This document shows, one piece after another, positions 25,001 through 40,000 of a DNA stretch of 64,000 nucleotides (position 1 is its first letter; each line of letters opens with the position of its first letter). Location of the stretch: NCBI GenBank assembly GCA_964057225.1, contig OZ059894.1, forward strand, positions 2,170,001 through 2,234,000. The letters run 5' to 3'. The stretch is from Auanema rhodensis (Eukaryota; Animalia; Nematoda). The position numbers and the translations under genes were made by a program. The notes beneath the pieces are model-generated. The model did not search any database. It was not told where the DNA came from and was given only the letters and a program-made list of their open reading frames with translations.

Positions 25001-28000
25001 TTAGTGTATGTTGAGTTTCCATGTACACTCAACATTGCTTCCAAAAACATTTTGACAAAAATTTTTTCGAAAAATTTCAAAATAATTTAGCAAAAAGTAG
25101 ATGTTTTTAGATTCCTTTTTTCAAGGCAAAGACGATGGACAATGTTATTCAACGAAAAAATTAATTCTTCAGGGTGAAAATCGAGGATATAAGTGTGAAC
25201 TTATATCAGTTGATATCTCGGTGCATTTTTAAGCTAGCGCAAATCTGATAACACAGATCGACGCAGCTTGAAAATCCGCATCGAATGCACTATACTACAT
25301 TGAGAAACGCTTAATACAAAAATTAGTTATGATCGTTTGAAAAATGATGCATTAGTGTATGTTGAGTTTCCATGTACACTCAACATTGCTTCCAAAAACA
25401 TTTTGACAAAAATTTTTTCGAAAAATTTCAAAATAATTTAGCAAAAAGTAGATGTTTTTAGATTCCTTTTTTCAAGGCAAAGACGATGGACAATGTTATT
25501 CAACGAAAAAATTAATTCTTCAGGGTGAAAATCGAGGATATAAGTGTGAACTTATATCAGTTGATATCTCGGTGCATTTTTAAGCTAGCGCAAATCTGAT
25601 AACACAGATCGACGCAGCTTAAAAATCCGCATCGAATGCACTATACTACATTGAGAAACGCTGAATACAAAAATTAGTTATGATCGTTTGAAAAATGATG
25701 CATTAGTGTATGTTGAGTTTCCATGTACACTCAACATTGCTTCCAAAAACATTTTGACAAAAATTTTTTCGAAAAATTTCAAAATAATTTAGCAAAAAGT
25801 AGATGTTTTTAGATTCCTTTTTTCAAGGCAAAGACGATGGACAATGTTATTCAACGAAAAAATTAATTCTTCAGGGTGAAAATCGAGGATATAAGTGTGA
25901 ACTTATATCAGTTGATATCTCGGTGCATTTTTAAGCTAGCGCAAATCTGATAACACAGATCGACGCAGCTTAAAAATCCGCATCGAATGCACTATACTAC
26001 ATTGAGAAACGCTGAATACAAAAATTAGTTATGATCGTTTGAAAAATGATGCATTAGTGTATGTTGAGTTTCCATGTACACTCAACATTGCTTCCAAAAA
26101 CATTTTGACAAAAATTTTTTCGAAAAATTTCAAAATAATTTAGCAAAAAGTAGATGTTTTTAGATTCCTTTTTTCAAGGCAAAGACGATGGACAATGTTA
26201 TTCAACGAAAAAATTAATTCTTCAGGGTGAAAATCGAGGATATAAGTGTGAACTTATATCAGTTGATATCTCGGTGCATTTTTAAGCTAGCGCAAATCTG
26301 ATAACACAGATCGACGCAGCTTAAAAATCCGCATCGAATGCACTATACTACATTGAGAAACGCTTAATACAAAAATTAGTTATGATCGTTTGAAAAATGA
26401 TGCATTAGTGTATGTTGAGTTTCCATGTACACTCAACATTGCTTCCAAAAACATTTTGACAAAAATTTTTTCGAAAAATTTCAAAATAATTTAGCAAAAA
26501 GTAGATGTTTTTAGATTCCTTTTTTCAAGGCAAAGACGATGGACAATGTTATTCAACGAAAAAATTAATTCTTCAGGGTGAAAATCGAGGATATAAGTGT
26601 GAACTTATATCAGTTGATATCTCGGTGCATTTTTAAGCTAGCGCTAATCTGATAACACAGATCGACGCAGCTTAAAAATCCGCATCGAATGCACTATACT
26701 ACATTGAGAAACGCTTAATACAAAAATTAGTTATGATCGTTTGAAAAATGATGCATTAGTGTATGTTGAGTTTCCATGTACACTCAACATTGCTTCCAAA
26801 AACATTTTGACAAAAATTTTTTCGAAAAATTTCAAAATAATTTAGCAAAAAGTAGATGTTTTTAGATTCCTTTTTTCAAGGCAAAGACGATGGACAATGT
26901 TATTCAACGAAAAAATTAATTCTTCAGGGTGAAAATCGAGGATATAAGTGTGAACTTATATCAGTTGATATCTCGGTGCATTTTTAAGCTAGCGCAAATC
27001 TGATAACACAGATCGACGCAGCTTGAAAATCCGCATCGAATGCACTATACTACATTGAGGAACGCTTAATACAAAAATTAGTTATGATCGTTTGAAAAAT
27101 AATGCATTAGTGTATGTTGAGTTTCCATGTACACTCAACATAGCTTCCAAAAACATTTTGACAAAAATTTTTTCGAAAAATTTCAAAATAATTTAGCAAA
27201 AAGTAGATGTTTTTAGATTCCTTTTTCCAAGGCAAAGACGATGGACAATGTTATTCAACGAAAAAATTAATTCTTCAGGGTGAAAATCGAGGATATAAGT
27301 GTGAACTTATATCAGTTGATATCTCGGTGCATTTTTAAGCTAGCGCAAATCTGATAACACAGATGGACGCAGCTTGAAAATCCGCATCGAATGCACTATA
27401 CTACATTGAGAAACGCTTAATACAAAAATTAGTTATGATCGTTTGAAAAATGATGCATTAGTGTATGTTGAGTTTCCATGTACACTCAACATTGCTTCCA
27501 AAAACATTTTGACAAAAATTTTTTCGAAAAATTTCAAAATAATTTAGCAAAAAGTAGATGTTTTTAGATTCCTTTTTTCAAGGCAAAGACGATGGACAAT
27601 GTTATTCAACGAAAAAATTAATTCTTCAGGGTGAAAATCGAGGATATATGTGTGAACTTATATCAGTTGATATCTCGGTGCATTTTTAAGCTAGCGCAAA
27701 TCTGATAACACAGATCGACGCAGCTTAAAAATCCGCATCGAATGCACTATACTACATTGAGAAACGCTTAATACAAAAATTAGTTATGATCGTTTGAAAA
27801 ATGATGCATTAGTGTATGTTGAGTTTCCATGTACACTCAACATTGCTTCCAAAAACATTTTGACAAAAATTTTTTCGAAAAATTTCAAAATAATTTAGCA
27901 AAAAGTAGATGTTTTTAGATTCCTTTTTTCAAGGCAAAGACGATGGACAATGTTATTCAACGAAAAAATTAATTCTTCAGGGTGAAAATCGAGGATATAA

Positions 28001-31000
28001 GTGTGAACTTATATCAGTTGATATCTCGGTGCATTTTTAAGCTAGCGCAAATCTGATAACACAGATCGACGCAGCTTAAAAATCCGCATCGAATGCACTA
28101 TATTACATTGAGGAACGCTTAATACAAAAATTAGTTATGATCGTTTGAAAAATGATGCATTAGTGTATGTTGAGTTTCCATGTACACTCAACATTGCTTC
28201 CAAAAACATTTTGACAAAAATTTTTTCGAAAAATTTCAAAATAATTTAGCAAAAAGTAGATGTTTTTAGATTCCTTTTTTCAAGGCAAAGACGATGGACA
28301 ATGTTATTCAACGAAAAAATTAATTCTTCAGGGTGAAAATCGAGGATATAAGTGTGAACTTATATCAGTTGATATCTCGGTGCATTTTTAAGCTAGCGCA
28401 AATCTGATAACACAGATCGACGCAGCTTAAAAATCCGCATCGAATGCACTATATTACATTGAGGAACGCTTAATACAAAAATTAGTTATGATCGTTTGAA
28501 AAATGATGCATTAGTGTATGTTGAGTTTCCATGTACACTCAACATTGCTTCCAAAAACATTTTGACAAAAATTTTTTCGAAAAATTTCAAAATAATTTAG
28601 CAAAAAGTAGATGTTTTTAGATTCCTTTTTTCAAGGCAAAGACGATTGACAATGTTATTCAACGAAAAAATTAATTCTTCAGGGTGAAAATCGAGGATAT
28701 AAGTGTGAACTTATATCAGTTGATATCTCGGTGCATTTTTAAGCTAGCGCAAATCTGATAACACAGATCGACGCAGCTTGAAAATCCGCATCGAATGCAC
28801 TATACTACATTGAGGAACGCTTAATACAAAAATTAGTTATGATCGTTTGAAAAATAACGCATTAGTGTATGTTGAGTTTCCATGTACACTCAACATAGCT
28901 TCCAAAAACATTTTGACAAAAATTTTTTCGAAAAATTTCAAAATAATTTAGCAAAAAGTAGATGTTTTTAGATTCCTTTTTCCAAGGCAAAGACGATGGA
29001 CAATGTTATTCAACGAAAAAATTAATTCTTCAGGGTGAAAATCGAGGATATAAGTGTGAACTTATATCAGTTGATATCTCGGTGCATTTTTAAGCTAGCG
29101 CAAATCTGATAACACAGATGGACGCAGCTTGAAAATCCGCATCGAATGCACTATACTACATTGAGAAACGCTTAATACAAAAATTAGTTATGATCGTTTG
29201 AAAAATGATGCATTAGTGTATGTTGAGTTTCCATGTACACTCAACATTGCTTCCAAAAACATTTTGACAAAAATTTTTTCGAAAAATTTCAAAATAATTT
29301 AGCAAAAAGTAGATGTTTTTAGATTCCTTTTTTCAAGGCAAAGACGATGGACAATGTTATTCAACGAAAAAATTAATTCTTCAGGGTGAAAATCGAGGAT
29401 ATAAGTGTGAACTTATATCAGTTGATATCTCGGTGCATTTTTAAGCTAGCGCAAATCTGATAACACAGATCGACGCAGCTTAAAAATCCGCATCGAATGC
29501 ACTATACTACATTGAGGAACGCTTAATACAAAAATTAGTTATGATTGTTTGAAAAATGATGCATTAGTGTATGTTGAGTTTCCATGTACACTCAACATTG
29601 CTTCCAAAAACATTTTGACAAAAATTTTTTCGAAAAATTTCAAAATAATTTAGCAAAAAGTAGATGTTTTTAGATTCCTTTTTTCAAGGCAAAGACGATG
29701 GACAATGTTATTCAACGAAAAAATTAATTCTTCAGGGTGAAAATCGAGGATATAAGTGTGAACTTATATCAGTTGATATCTCGGTGCATTTTTAAGCTAG
29801 CGCAAATCTGATAACACAGATCGACGCAGCTTAAAAATCCGCATCGAATGCACTATACTACATTAAGGAACGCTTAATACAAAAATTAGTTATGATCGTT
29901 TGAAAAATAATGCATTAGTGTATGTTGAGTTTCCATGTACACTCAACATAGCTTCCAAAAACATTTTGACAAAAATTTTTTCGAAAAATTTCAGAATAAT
30001 TTAGCAAAAAGTAGATGTTTTTAGATTTCTTTTCTCAAGGCAAAGACGATGGACAATGTTATTCAACGAAAAAATTAATTCTTCAGGGTGAAAATCGAGG
30101 ATATAAGTGTGAACTTATATCAGTTGATATCTCGGTGCATTTTTAAGCTAGCGCAAATCTGATAACACAGATCGACGCAGCTTAAAAATCCGCATCGAAT
30201 GCACTATACTACATTAAGGAACGCTTAATACAAAAATTAGTTATGATCGTTTGAAAAATGATGCATTAGTGTATGTTGAGTTTCCATGTACACTCAACAT
30301 TGCTTCCAAAAACATTTTGACAAAAATTTTTTCGAAAAATTTCAAAATAATTTAGCAAAAAGTAGATGTTTTTAGATTCCTTTTTTCAAGGCAAAGACGA
30401 TGGACAATGTTATTCAACGAAAAAATTAATTCTTCAGGGTGAAAATCGAGGATATAAGTTTGAACTTATATCAGTTGATATCTCGGTGCATTTTTAAGCT
30501 AGCGCAAATCTGATAACACAGATCGACGCAGCTTAAAAATCCGCATCGAATGCACTATATTACATTGAGGAACGCTTAATACAAAAATTAGTTATGATCG
30601 TTTGAAAAATGATGCATTAGTGTATGTTGAGTTTCCATGTACACTCAACATTGCTTCCAAAAACATTTTGACAAAAATTTTTTCGAAAAATTTCAAAATA
30701 ATTTAGCAAAAAGTAGATGTTTTTAGATTCCTTTTTTCAAGGCAAAGACGATTGACAATGTTATTCAACGAAAAAATTAATTCTTCAGGGTGAAAATCGA
30801 GGATATAAGTGTGAACTTATATCAGTTGATATCTCGGTGCATTTTTGAGCTAGCGCAAATCTGATAACACAGATCGACGCAGCTTGAAAATCCGCATCGA
30901 ATGCACTATACTACATTGAGGAACGCTTAATACAAAAATTAGTTATGATCGTTTGAAAAATAACGCATTAGTGTATGTTGAGTTTCCATGTACACTCAAC

Positions 31001-34000
31001 ATAGCTTCCAAAAACATTTTGACAAAAATTTTTTCGAAAAATTTCAAAATAATTTAGCAAAAAGTAGATGTTTTTAGATTCCTTTTTCCAAGGCAAAGAC
31101 GATGGACAATGTTATTCAACGAAAAAATTAATTCTTCAGGGTGAAAATCGAGGATATAAGTGTGAACTTATATCAGTTGATATCTCGGTGCATTTTTAAG
31201 CTAGCGCAAATCTGATAACACAGATCGACGCAGCTTAAAAATCCGCATCGAATGCACTATATTACATTGAGGAACGCTTAATACAAAAATTAGTTATGAT
31301 CGTTTGAAAAATGATGCATTAGTGTATGTTGAGTTTCCATGTACACTCAACATTGCTTCCAAAAACATTTTGACAAAAATTTTTTCGAAAAATTTCAAAA
31401 TAATTTAGCAAAAAGTAGATGTTTTTAGATTTCTTTTTTCAAGGCAAAGACGATTGACAATGTTATTCAACGAAAAAATTAATTCTTCAGGGTGAAAATC
31501 GAGGATATAAGTGTGAACTTATATCAGTTGATATCTCGGTGCATTTTTAAGCTAGCGCAAATCTGATAACACAGATCGACGCAGCTTGAAAATCCGCATC
31601 GAATGCACTATACTACATTGAGGAACGCTTAATACAAAAATTAGTTATGATCGTTTGAAAAATAACGCATTAGTGTATGTTGAGTTTCCATGTACACTCA
31701 ACATAGCTTCCAAAAACATTTTGACAAAAATTTTTTCGAAAAATTTCAAAATAATTTAGCAAAAAGTAGATGTTTTTAGATTCCTTTTTCCAAGGCAAAG
31801 ACGATGGACAATGTTATTCAACGAAAAAATTAATTCTTCAGGGTGAAAATCGAGGATATAAGTGTGAACTTATATCAGTTGATATCTCGGTGCATTTTTA
31901 AGCTAGCGCAAATCTGATAACACAGATGGACGCAGCTTGAAAATCCGCATCGAATGCACTATACTACATTGAGAAACGCTTAATACAAAAATTAGTTATG
32001 ATCGTTTGAAAAATGATGCATTAGTGTATGTTGAGTTTCCATGTACACTCAACATTGCTTCCAAAAACATTTTGACAAAAATTTTTTCGAAAAATTTCAA
32101 AATAATTTAGCAAAAAGTAGATGTTTTTAGATTCCTTTTTTCAAGGCAAAGACGATGGACAATGTTATTCAACGAAAAAATTAATTCTTCAGGGTGAAAA
32201 TCGAGGATATAAGTGTGAACTTATATCAGTTGATATCTCGGTGCATTTTTAAGCTAGCGCAAATCTGATAACACAGATCGACGCAGCTTAAAAATCCGCA
32301 TCGAATGCACTATACTACATTGAGGAACGCTTAATACAAAAATTAGTTATGATTGTTTGAAAAATGATGCATTAGTGTATGTTGAGTTTCCATGTACACT
32401 CAACATTGCTTCCAAAAACATTTTGACAAAAATTTTTTCGAAAAATTTCAAAATAATTTAGCAAAAAGTAGATGTTTTTAGATTCCTTTTTTCAAGGCAA
32501 AGACGATGGACAATGTTATTCAACGAAAAAATTAATTCTTCAGGGTGAAAATCGAGGATATAAGTGTGAACTTATATCAGTTGATATCTCGGTGCATTTT
32601 TAAGCTAGCGCAAATCTGATAACACAGATCGACGCAGCTTAAAAATCCGCATCGAATGCACTATACTACATTAAGGAACGCTTAATACAAAAATTAGTTA
32701 TGATCGTTTGAAAAATAATGCATTAGTGTATGTTGAGTTTCCATGTACACTCAACATAGCTTCCAAAAACATTTTGACAAAAATTTTTTCGAAAAATTTC
32801 AGAATAATTTAGCAAAAAGTAGATGTTTTTAGATTTCTTTTCTCAAGGCAAAGACGATGGACAATGTTATTCAACGAAAAAATTAATTCTTCAGGGTGAA
32901 AATCGAGGATATATGTGTGAACTTATATCAGTTGATATCTCGGTGCATTTTTAAGCTAGCGCAAATCTGATAACACAGATCGACGCAGCTTGAAAATCCG
33001 CATCGAATGCACTATACTACTTTGAGAAACGCTTAATACAAAAATTAGTTATGATCGTTTGAAAAATGATGCATTAGTGTATGTTGAGTTTCCATGTACA
33101 CTCAACATTGCTTCCAAAAACATTTTGACAAAAATTTTTTCGAAAAATTTCAAAATAATTTAGCAAAAAGTAGATGTTTTTAGATTCTATTTTTCAAGGC
33201 AAAGACGATGGACAATGTTATTCAACGAAAAAATTAATTCTTCAGGGTGAAAATCGAGGATATAAGTGTGAACTTATATCAGTTGATATCTCGGTGCATT
33301 TTTAAGCTAGCGCAAATCTGATAACACAGATCGACGCAGCTTGAAAATCCGCATCGAATGCACTATACTACATTGAGGAACGCTTAATACAAAAATTAGT
33401 TATGATCGTTTGAAAAATAATGCATTAGTGTATGTTGAGTTTCCATGTACACTCAACATAGCTTCCAAAAACATTTTGACAAAAATTTTTTCGAAAAATT
33501 TCAAAATAATTTAGCAAAAAGTAGATGTTTTTAGATTCCTTTTTCCAAGGCAAAGACGATGGACAATGTTATTCAACGAAAAAATTAATTCTTCAGGGTG
33601 AAAATCGAGGATATAAGTGTGAACTTATATCAGTTGATATCTCGGTGCATTTTTAAGCTAGCGCAAATCTGATAACACAGATGGACGCAGCTTGAAAATC
33701 CGCATCGAATGCACTATACTACATTGAGAAACGCTTAATACAAAAATTAGTTATGATCGTTTGAAAAATAATGCATTAGTGTATGTTGAGTTTCCATGTA
33801 CACTCAACATTGCTTCCAAAAACATTTTGACAAAAATTTTTTCGAAAAATTTCAAAATAATTTAGCAAAAAGTAGATGTTTTTAGATTCCTTTTTTCAAG
33901 GCAAAGACGATTGACAATGTTATTCAACGAAAAAATTAATTCTTCAGGGTGAAAATCGAGGATATAAGTGTGAACTTATATCAGTTGATATCTCGGTGCA

Positions 34001-37000
34001 TTTTTAAGCTAGCGCAAATCTGATAACACAGATCGACGCAGCTTAAAAATCCGCATCGAATGCACTTTACTACATTGAGGAACGCTTAATACAAAAATTA
34101 GTTATGATTGTTTGAAAAATGATGCATTAGTGTATGTTGAGTTTCCATGTACACTCAACATTGCTTCCAAAAACATTTTGACAAAAATTTTTTCGAAAAA
34201 TTTCAAAATAATTTAGCAGAAAGTAGATGTTTTTAGATTCCTTTTTTCAAGGCAAAGACGATGGACAATGTTATTCAACGAAAAAATTAATTCTTCAGGG
34301 TGAAAATCGAGGATATAAGTGTGAACTTATATCAGTTGATATCTCGGTGCATTTTTAAGCTAGCGCAAATCTGATAACACAGATCGACGCAGCTTAAAAA
34401 TCCGCATCGAATGCACTATACTACATTGAGGAACGCTTAATACAAAAATTAGTTATGATCGTTTGAAAAATAATGCATTAGTGTATGTTGAGTTTCCATG
34501 TACACTCAACATTGCTTCCAAAAACATTTTGACAAAAATTTTTTCGAAAAATTTCAAAATAATTTAGCAAAAAGTAGATGTTTTTAGATTCCTTTTTTCA
34601 AGGCAAAGACGATGGACAATGTTATTCAACGAAAAAATTAATTCTTCAGGGTGAAAATCGAGGATATAAGTGTGAACTTATATCAGTTGATATCTCGGTG
34701 CATTTTTAAGCTAGCGCAAATCTGATAACACAGATCGACGCAGCTTGAAAATCCGCATCGAATGCACTATACTACATTGAGAAACGCTTAATACAAAAAT
34801 TAGTTATGATCGTTTGAAAAATGATGCATTAGTGTATGTTGAGTTTCCATGTACACTCAACATTGCTTCCAAAAACATTTTGACAAAAATTTTTTCGAAA
34901 AATTTCAAAATAATTTAGCAAAAAGTAGATGTTTTTAGATTCCTTTTTTCAAGGCAAAGACGATGGACAATGTTATTCAACGAAAAAATTAATTCTTCAG
35001 GGTGAAAATCGAGGATATAAGTGTGAACTTATATCAGTTGATATCTCGGTGCATTTTTAAGCTAGCGCAAATCTGATAACACAGATCGACGCAGCTTAAA
35101 AATCCGCATCGAATGCACTATACTACATTGAGAAACGCTGAATACAAAAATTAGTTATGATCGTTTGAAAAATGATGCATTAGTGTATGTTGAGTTTCCA
35201 TGTACACTCAACATTGCTTCCAAAAACATTTTGACAAAAATTTTTTCGAAAAATTTCAAAATAATTTAGCAAAAAGTAGATGTTTTTAGATTCCTTTTTT
35301 CAAGGCAAAGACGATGGACAATGTTATTCAACGAAAAAATTAATTCTTCAGGGTGAAAATCGAGGATATAAGTGTGAACTTATATCAGTTGATATCTCGG
35401 TGCATTTTTAAGCTAGCGCAAATCTGATAACACAGATCGACGCAGCTTAAAAATCCGCATCGAATGCACTATACTACATTGAGGAACGCTTAATACAAAA
35501 ATTAGTTATGATCGTTTGAAAAATAATGCATTAGTGTATGTTGAGTTTCCATGTACACTCAACATAGCTTCCAAAAACATTTTGACAAAAATTTTTTCGA
35601 AAAATTTCAAAATAATTTAGCAAAAAGTAGATGTTTTTAGATTCCTTTTTTCAAGGCAAAGACGATGGACAATGTTATTCAACGAAAAAATTAATTCTTC
35701 AGGGTGCAAATCGAGGATATAAGTGTGAACTTATATCAGTTGATATCTCGGTGCATTTTTAAGCTAGCGCAAATCTGATAACACAGATCGACGCAGCTTG
35801 AAAATCCGCATCGAATGCACTATACTACATTGAGAAACGCTTAATACAAAAATTAGTTATGATTGTTTGAAAAATGATGCATTAGTGTATGTTGAGTTTC
35901 CATGTACACTCAACATTGCTTCCAAAAACATTTTGACAAAAATTTTTTCGAAAAATTTCAAAATAATTTAGCAAAAAGTAGATGTTTTTAGATTCCTTTT
36001 TTCAAGGCAAAGACGATGGACAATGTTATTCAACGAAAAAATTAATTCTTCAGGGTGAAAATCGAGGATATAAGTGTGAACTTATATCAGTTGATATCTC
36101 GGTGCATTTTTAAGCTAGCGCAAATCTGATAACCAGATCGACGCAGCTTAAAAATCCGCATCGAATGCACTATACTACATTGAGGAACGCTTAATACAAA
36201 AATTAGTTATGATCGTTTGAAAAATAATGCATTAGTGTATGTTGAGTTTCCATGTACACTCAACATAGCTTCCAAAAACATTTTGACAAAAATTTTTTCG
36301 AAAAATTTCAGAATAATTTAGCAAAAAGTAGATGTTTTTAGATTTCTTTTCTCAAGGCAAAGACGATGGACAATGTTATTCAACGAAAAAATTAATTCTT
36401 CAGGGTGAAAATCGAGGATATAAGTGTGAACTTATATCAGTTGATATCTCGGTGCATTTTTAAGCTAGCGCAAATCTGATAACACAGATCGACGCAGCTT
36501 GAAAATCCGCATCGAATGCACTATACTACTTTGAGAAGAGCTTAATACAAAAATTAGTTATGATCGTTTGAAAAATGAAGCATTAGTGTATGTTGAGTTT
36601 CCATGTACACTCAACATTGCTTCCAAAAACATTTTGACAAAAATTTTTTCGAGAAATTTCAAAATAATTTAGCAGAAAGTAGATGTTTTTAGATTCCTTT
36701 TTTCAAGGCAAAGACGATGGACAATGTTATTCAACGAAAAAATTAATTCTTCAGGGTGAAAATCGAGGATATAAGTGTGAACTTATATCAGTTGATATCT
36801 CGGTGCATTTTTAAGCTAGCGCAAATCTGATAACACAGATCGACGCAGCTTAAAAATCCGCATCGAATGCACTATACTACATTGAGGAACGCTTAATACA
36901 AAAATTAGTTATGATCGTTTGAAAAATAATGCATTAGTGTATGTTGAGTTTCCATGTACACTCAACATAGCTTCCAAAAACATTTTGACAAAAATTTTTT

Positions 37001-40000
37001 CGAAAAATTTCAAAATAATTTAGCAAAAAGTAGATGTTTTTAGATTCCTTTTTTCAAGGCAAAGACGATTGACAATGTTATTCAACGAAAAAATTAATTC
37101 TTCAGGGTGAAAATCGAGGATATAAGTGTGAACTTATATCAGTTGATATCTCGGTGCATTTTTAAGCTAGCGCAAATCTGATAACACAGATCGACGCAGC
37201 TTAAAAATCCGCATCGAATGCACTATACTACATTGAGGAACGCTTAATACAAAAATTAGTTATGATTGTTTGAAAAATGATGCATTAGTGTATGTTGAGT
37301 TTCCATGTACACTCAACATTGCTTCCAAAAACATTTTGACAAAAATTTTTTCGAAAAATTTCAAAATAATTTAGCAAAAAGTAGATGTTTTTAGATTCCT
37401 TTTTTCAAGGCAAAGACGATGGACAATGTTATTCAACGAAAAAATTAATTCTTCAGGGTGAAAATCGAGGATATAAGTGTGAACTTATATCAGTTGATAT
37501 CTCGGTGCATTTTTAAGCTAGCGCAAATCTGATAACACAGATCGACGCAGCTTGAAAATCCGCATCGAATGCACTATACTACATTGAGAAACGCTTAATA
37601 CAAAAATTAGTTATGATCGTTTGAAAAATGATGCATTAGTGTATGTTGAGTTTCCATGTACACTCAACATTGCTTCCAAAAACATTTTGACAAAAATGTT
37701 TTCGAAAAATTTCAAAATAATTTAGCAAAAAGTAGATGTTTTTAGATTCCTTTTTTCAAGGCAAAGACGATGGACAATGTTATTCAACGAAAAAATTAAT
37801 TCTTCAGGGTGAAAATCGAGGATATAAGTGTGAACTTATATCAGTTGATATCTCGGTGCATTTTTAAGCTAGCGCAAATCTGATAACACAGATCGACGCA
37901 GCTTAAAAATCCGCATCGAATGCACTATACTACATTGAGGAACGCTTAATACAAAAATTAGTTATGATCGTTTGAAAAATAATGCATTAGTGTATGTTGA
38001 GTTTCCATGTACACTCAACATTGCTTCCAAAAACATTTTGACAAAAATTTTTTCGAAAAATTTCAAAATAATTTAGCAAAAAGTAGATGTTTTTAGATTC
38101 CTTTTTTCAAGGCAAAGACGATGGACAATGTTATTCAACGAAAAAATTAATTCTTCAGGGTGAAAATCGAGGATATAAGTGTGAACTTATATCAGTTGAT
38201 ATCTCGGTGCATTTTTAAGCTAGCGCAAATCTGATAACACAGATCGACGCAGCTTAAAAATCCGCATCGAATGCACTATACTACATTGAGAAACGCTGAA
38301 TACAAAAATTAGTTATGATCGTTTGAAAAATGATGCATTAGTGTATGTTGAGTTTCCATGTACACTCAACATTGCTTCCAAAAACATTTTGACAAAAATT
38401 TTTTCGAAAAATTTCAAAATAATTTAGCAAAAAGTAGATGTTTTTAGATTCCTTTTTTCAAGGCAAAGACGATGGACAATGTTATTCAACGAAAAAATTA
38501 ATTCTTCAGGGTGAAAATCGAGGATATAAGTGTGAACTTATATCAGTTGATATCTCGGTGCATTTTTAAGCTAGCGCAAATCTGATAACACAGATCGACG
38601 CAGCTTAAAAATCCGCATCGAATGCACTATACTACATTGAGAAACGCTCAATACAAAAATTAGTTATGATCGTTTGAAAAATGATGCATTAGTGTATGTT
38701 GAGTTTCCATGTACACTCAACATTGCTTCCAAAAACATTTTGACAAAAATTTTTTCGAAAAATTTCAAAATAATTTAGCAAAAAGTAGATGTTTTTAGAT
38801 TCCTTTTTTCAAGGCAAAGACGATGGACAATGTTATTCAACGAAAAAATTAATTCTTCAGGGTGAAAATCGAGGATATAAGTGTGAACTTATATCAGTTG
38901 ATATCTCGGTGCATTTTTAAGCTAGCGCAAATCTGATAACACAGATCGACGCAGCTTAAAAATCCGCATCGAATGCACTATACTACATTGAGGAACGCTT
39001 AATACAAAAATTAGTTATGATCGTTTGAAAAATAATGCATTAGTGTATGTTGAGTTTCCATGTACACTCAACATAGCTTCCAAAAACATTTTGACAAAAA
39101 TTTTTTCGAAAAATTTCAAAATAATTTAGCAAAAAGTAGATGTTTTTAGATTCCTTTTTTCAAGGCAAAGACGATGGACAATGTTATTCAACGAAAAAAT
39201 TAATTCTTCAGGGTGAAAATCGAGGATATAAGTGTGAACTTATATCAGTTGATATCTCGGTGCATTTTTAAGTTAGCGCAAATCTGATAACACAGATCGA
39301 CGCAGCTTGAAAATCCGCATCGAATGCACTATACTACTTTGAGAAGCGCTTAATACAAAAATTAGTTATGATCGTTTGAAAAATGATGCATTAGTGTATG
39401 TTGAGTTTCCATGTACACTCAACATTGCTTCCAAAAACATTTTGACAAAAATTTTTTCGAGAAATTTTAAAATAATTTAGCAGAAAGTAGATGTTTTTAG
39501 ATTCCTTTTTTCAAGGCAAAGACGATGGACATTGTTATTCAACGAAAAAATTAATTCTTCAGGGTGAAAATCGAGGATATAAGTGTGAACTTATATCAGT
39601 TGATATCTCGGTGCATTTTTAAGCTAGCGCAAATCTGATAACACAGATCGACGCAGCTTAAAAATCCGCATCGAATGCACTATACTACATTGAGGAACGC
39701 TTAATACAAAAATTAGTTATGATCGTTTGAAAAATAATGCATTAGTGTATGTTGAGTTTCCATGTACACTCAACATAGCTTCCAAAAACATTTTGACAAA
39801 AATTTTTTCGAAAAATTTCAAAATAATTTAGCAAAAAGTAGATGTTTTTAGATTCCTTTTTTCAAGGCAAAGACGATGGACAATGTTATTCAACGAAAAA
39901 ATTAATTCTTCAGGGTGAAAATCGAGGATATAAGTGTGAACTTATATCAGTTGATATCTCGGTGCATTTTTAAGCTAGCGCAAATCTGATAACACAGATC

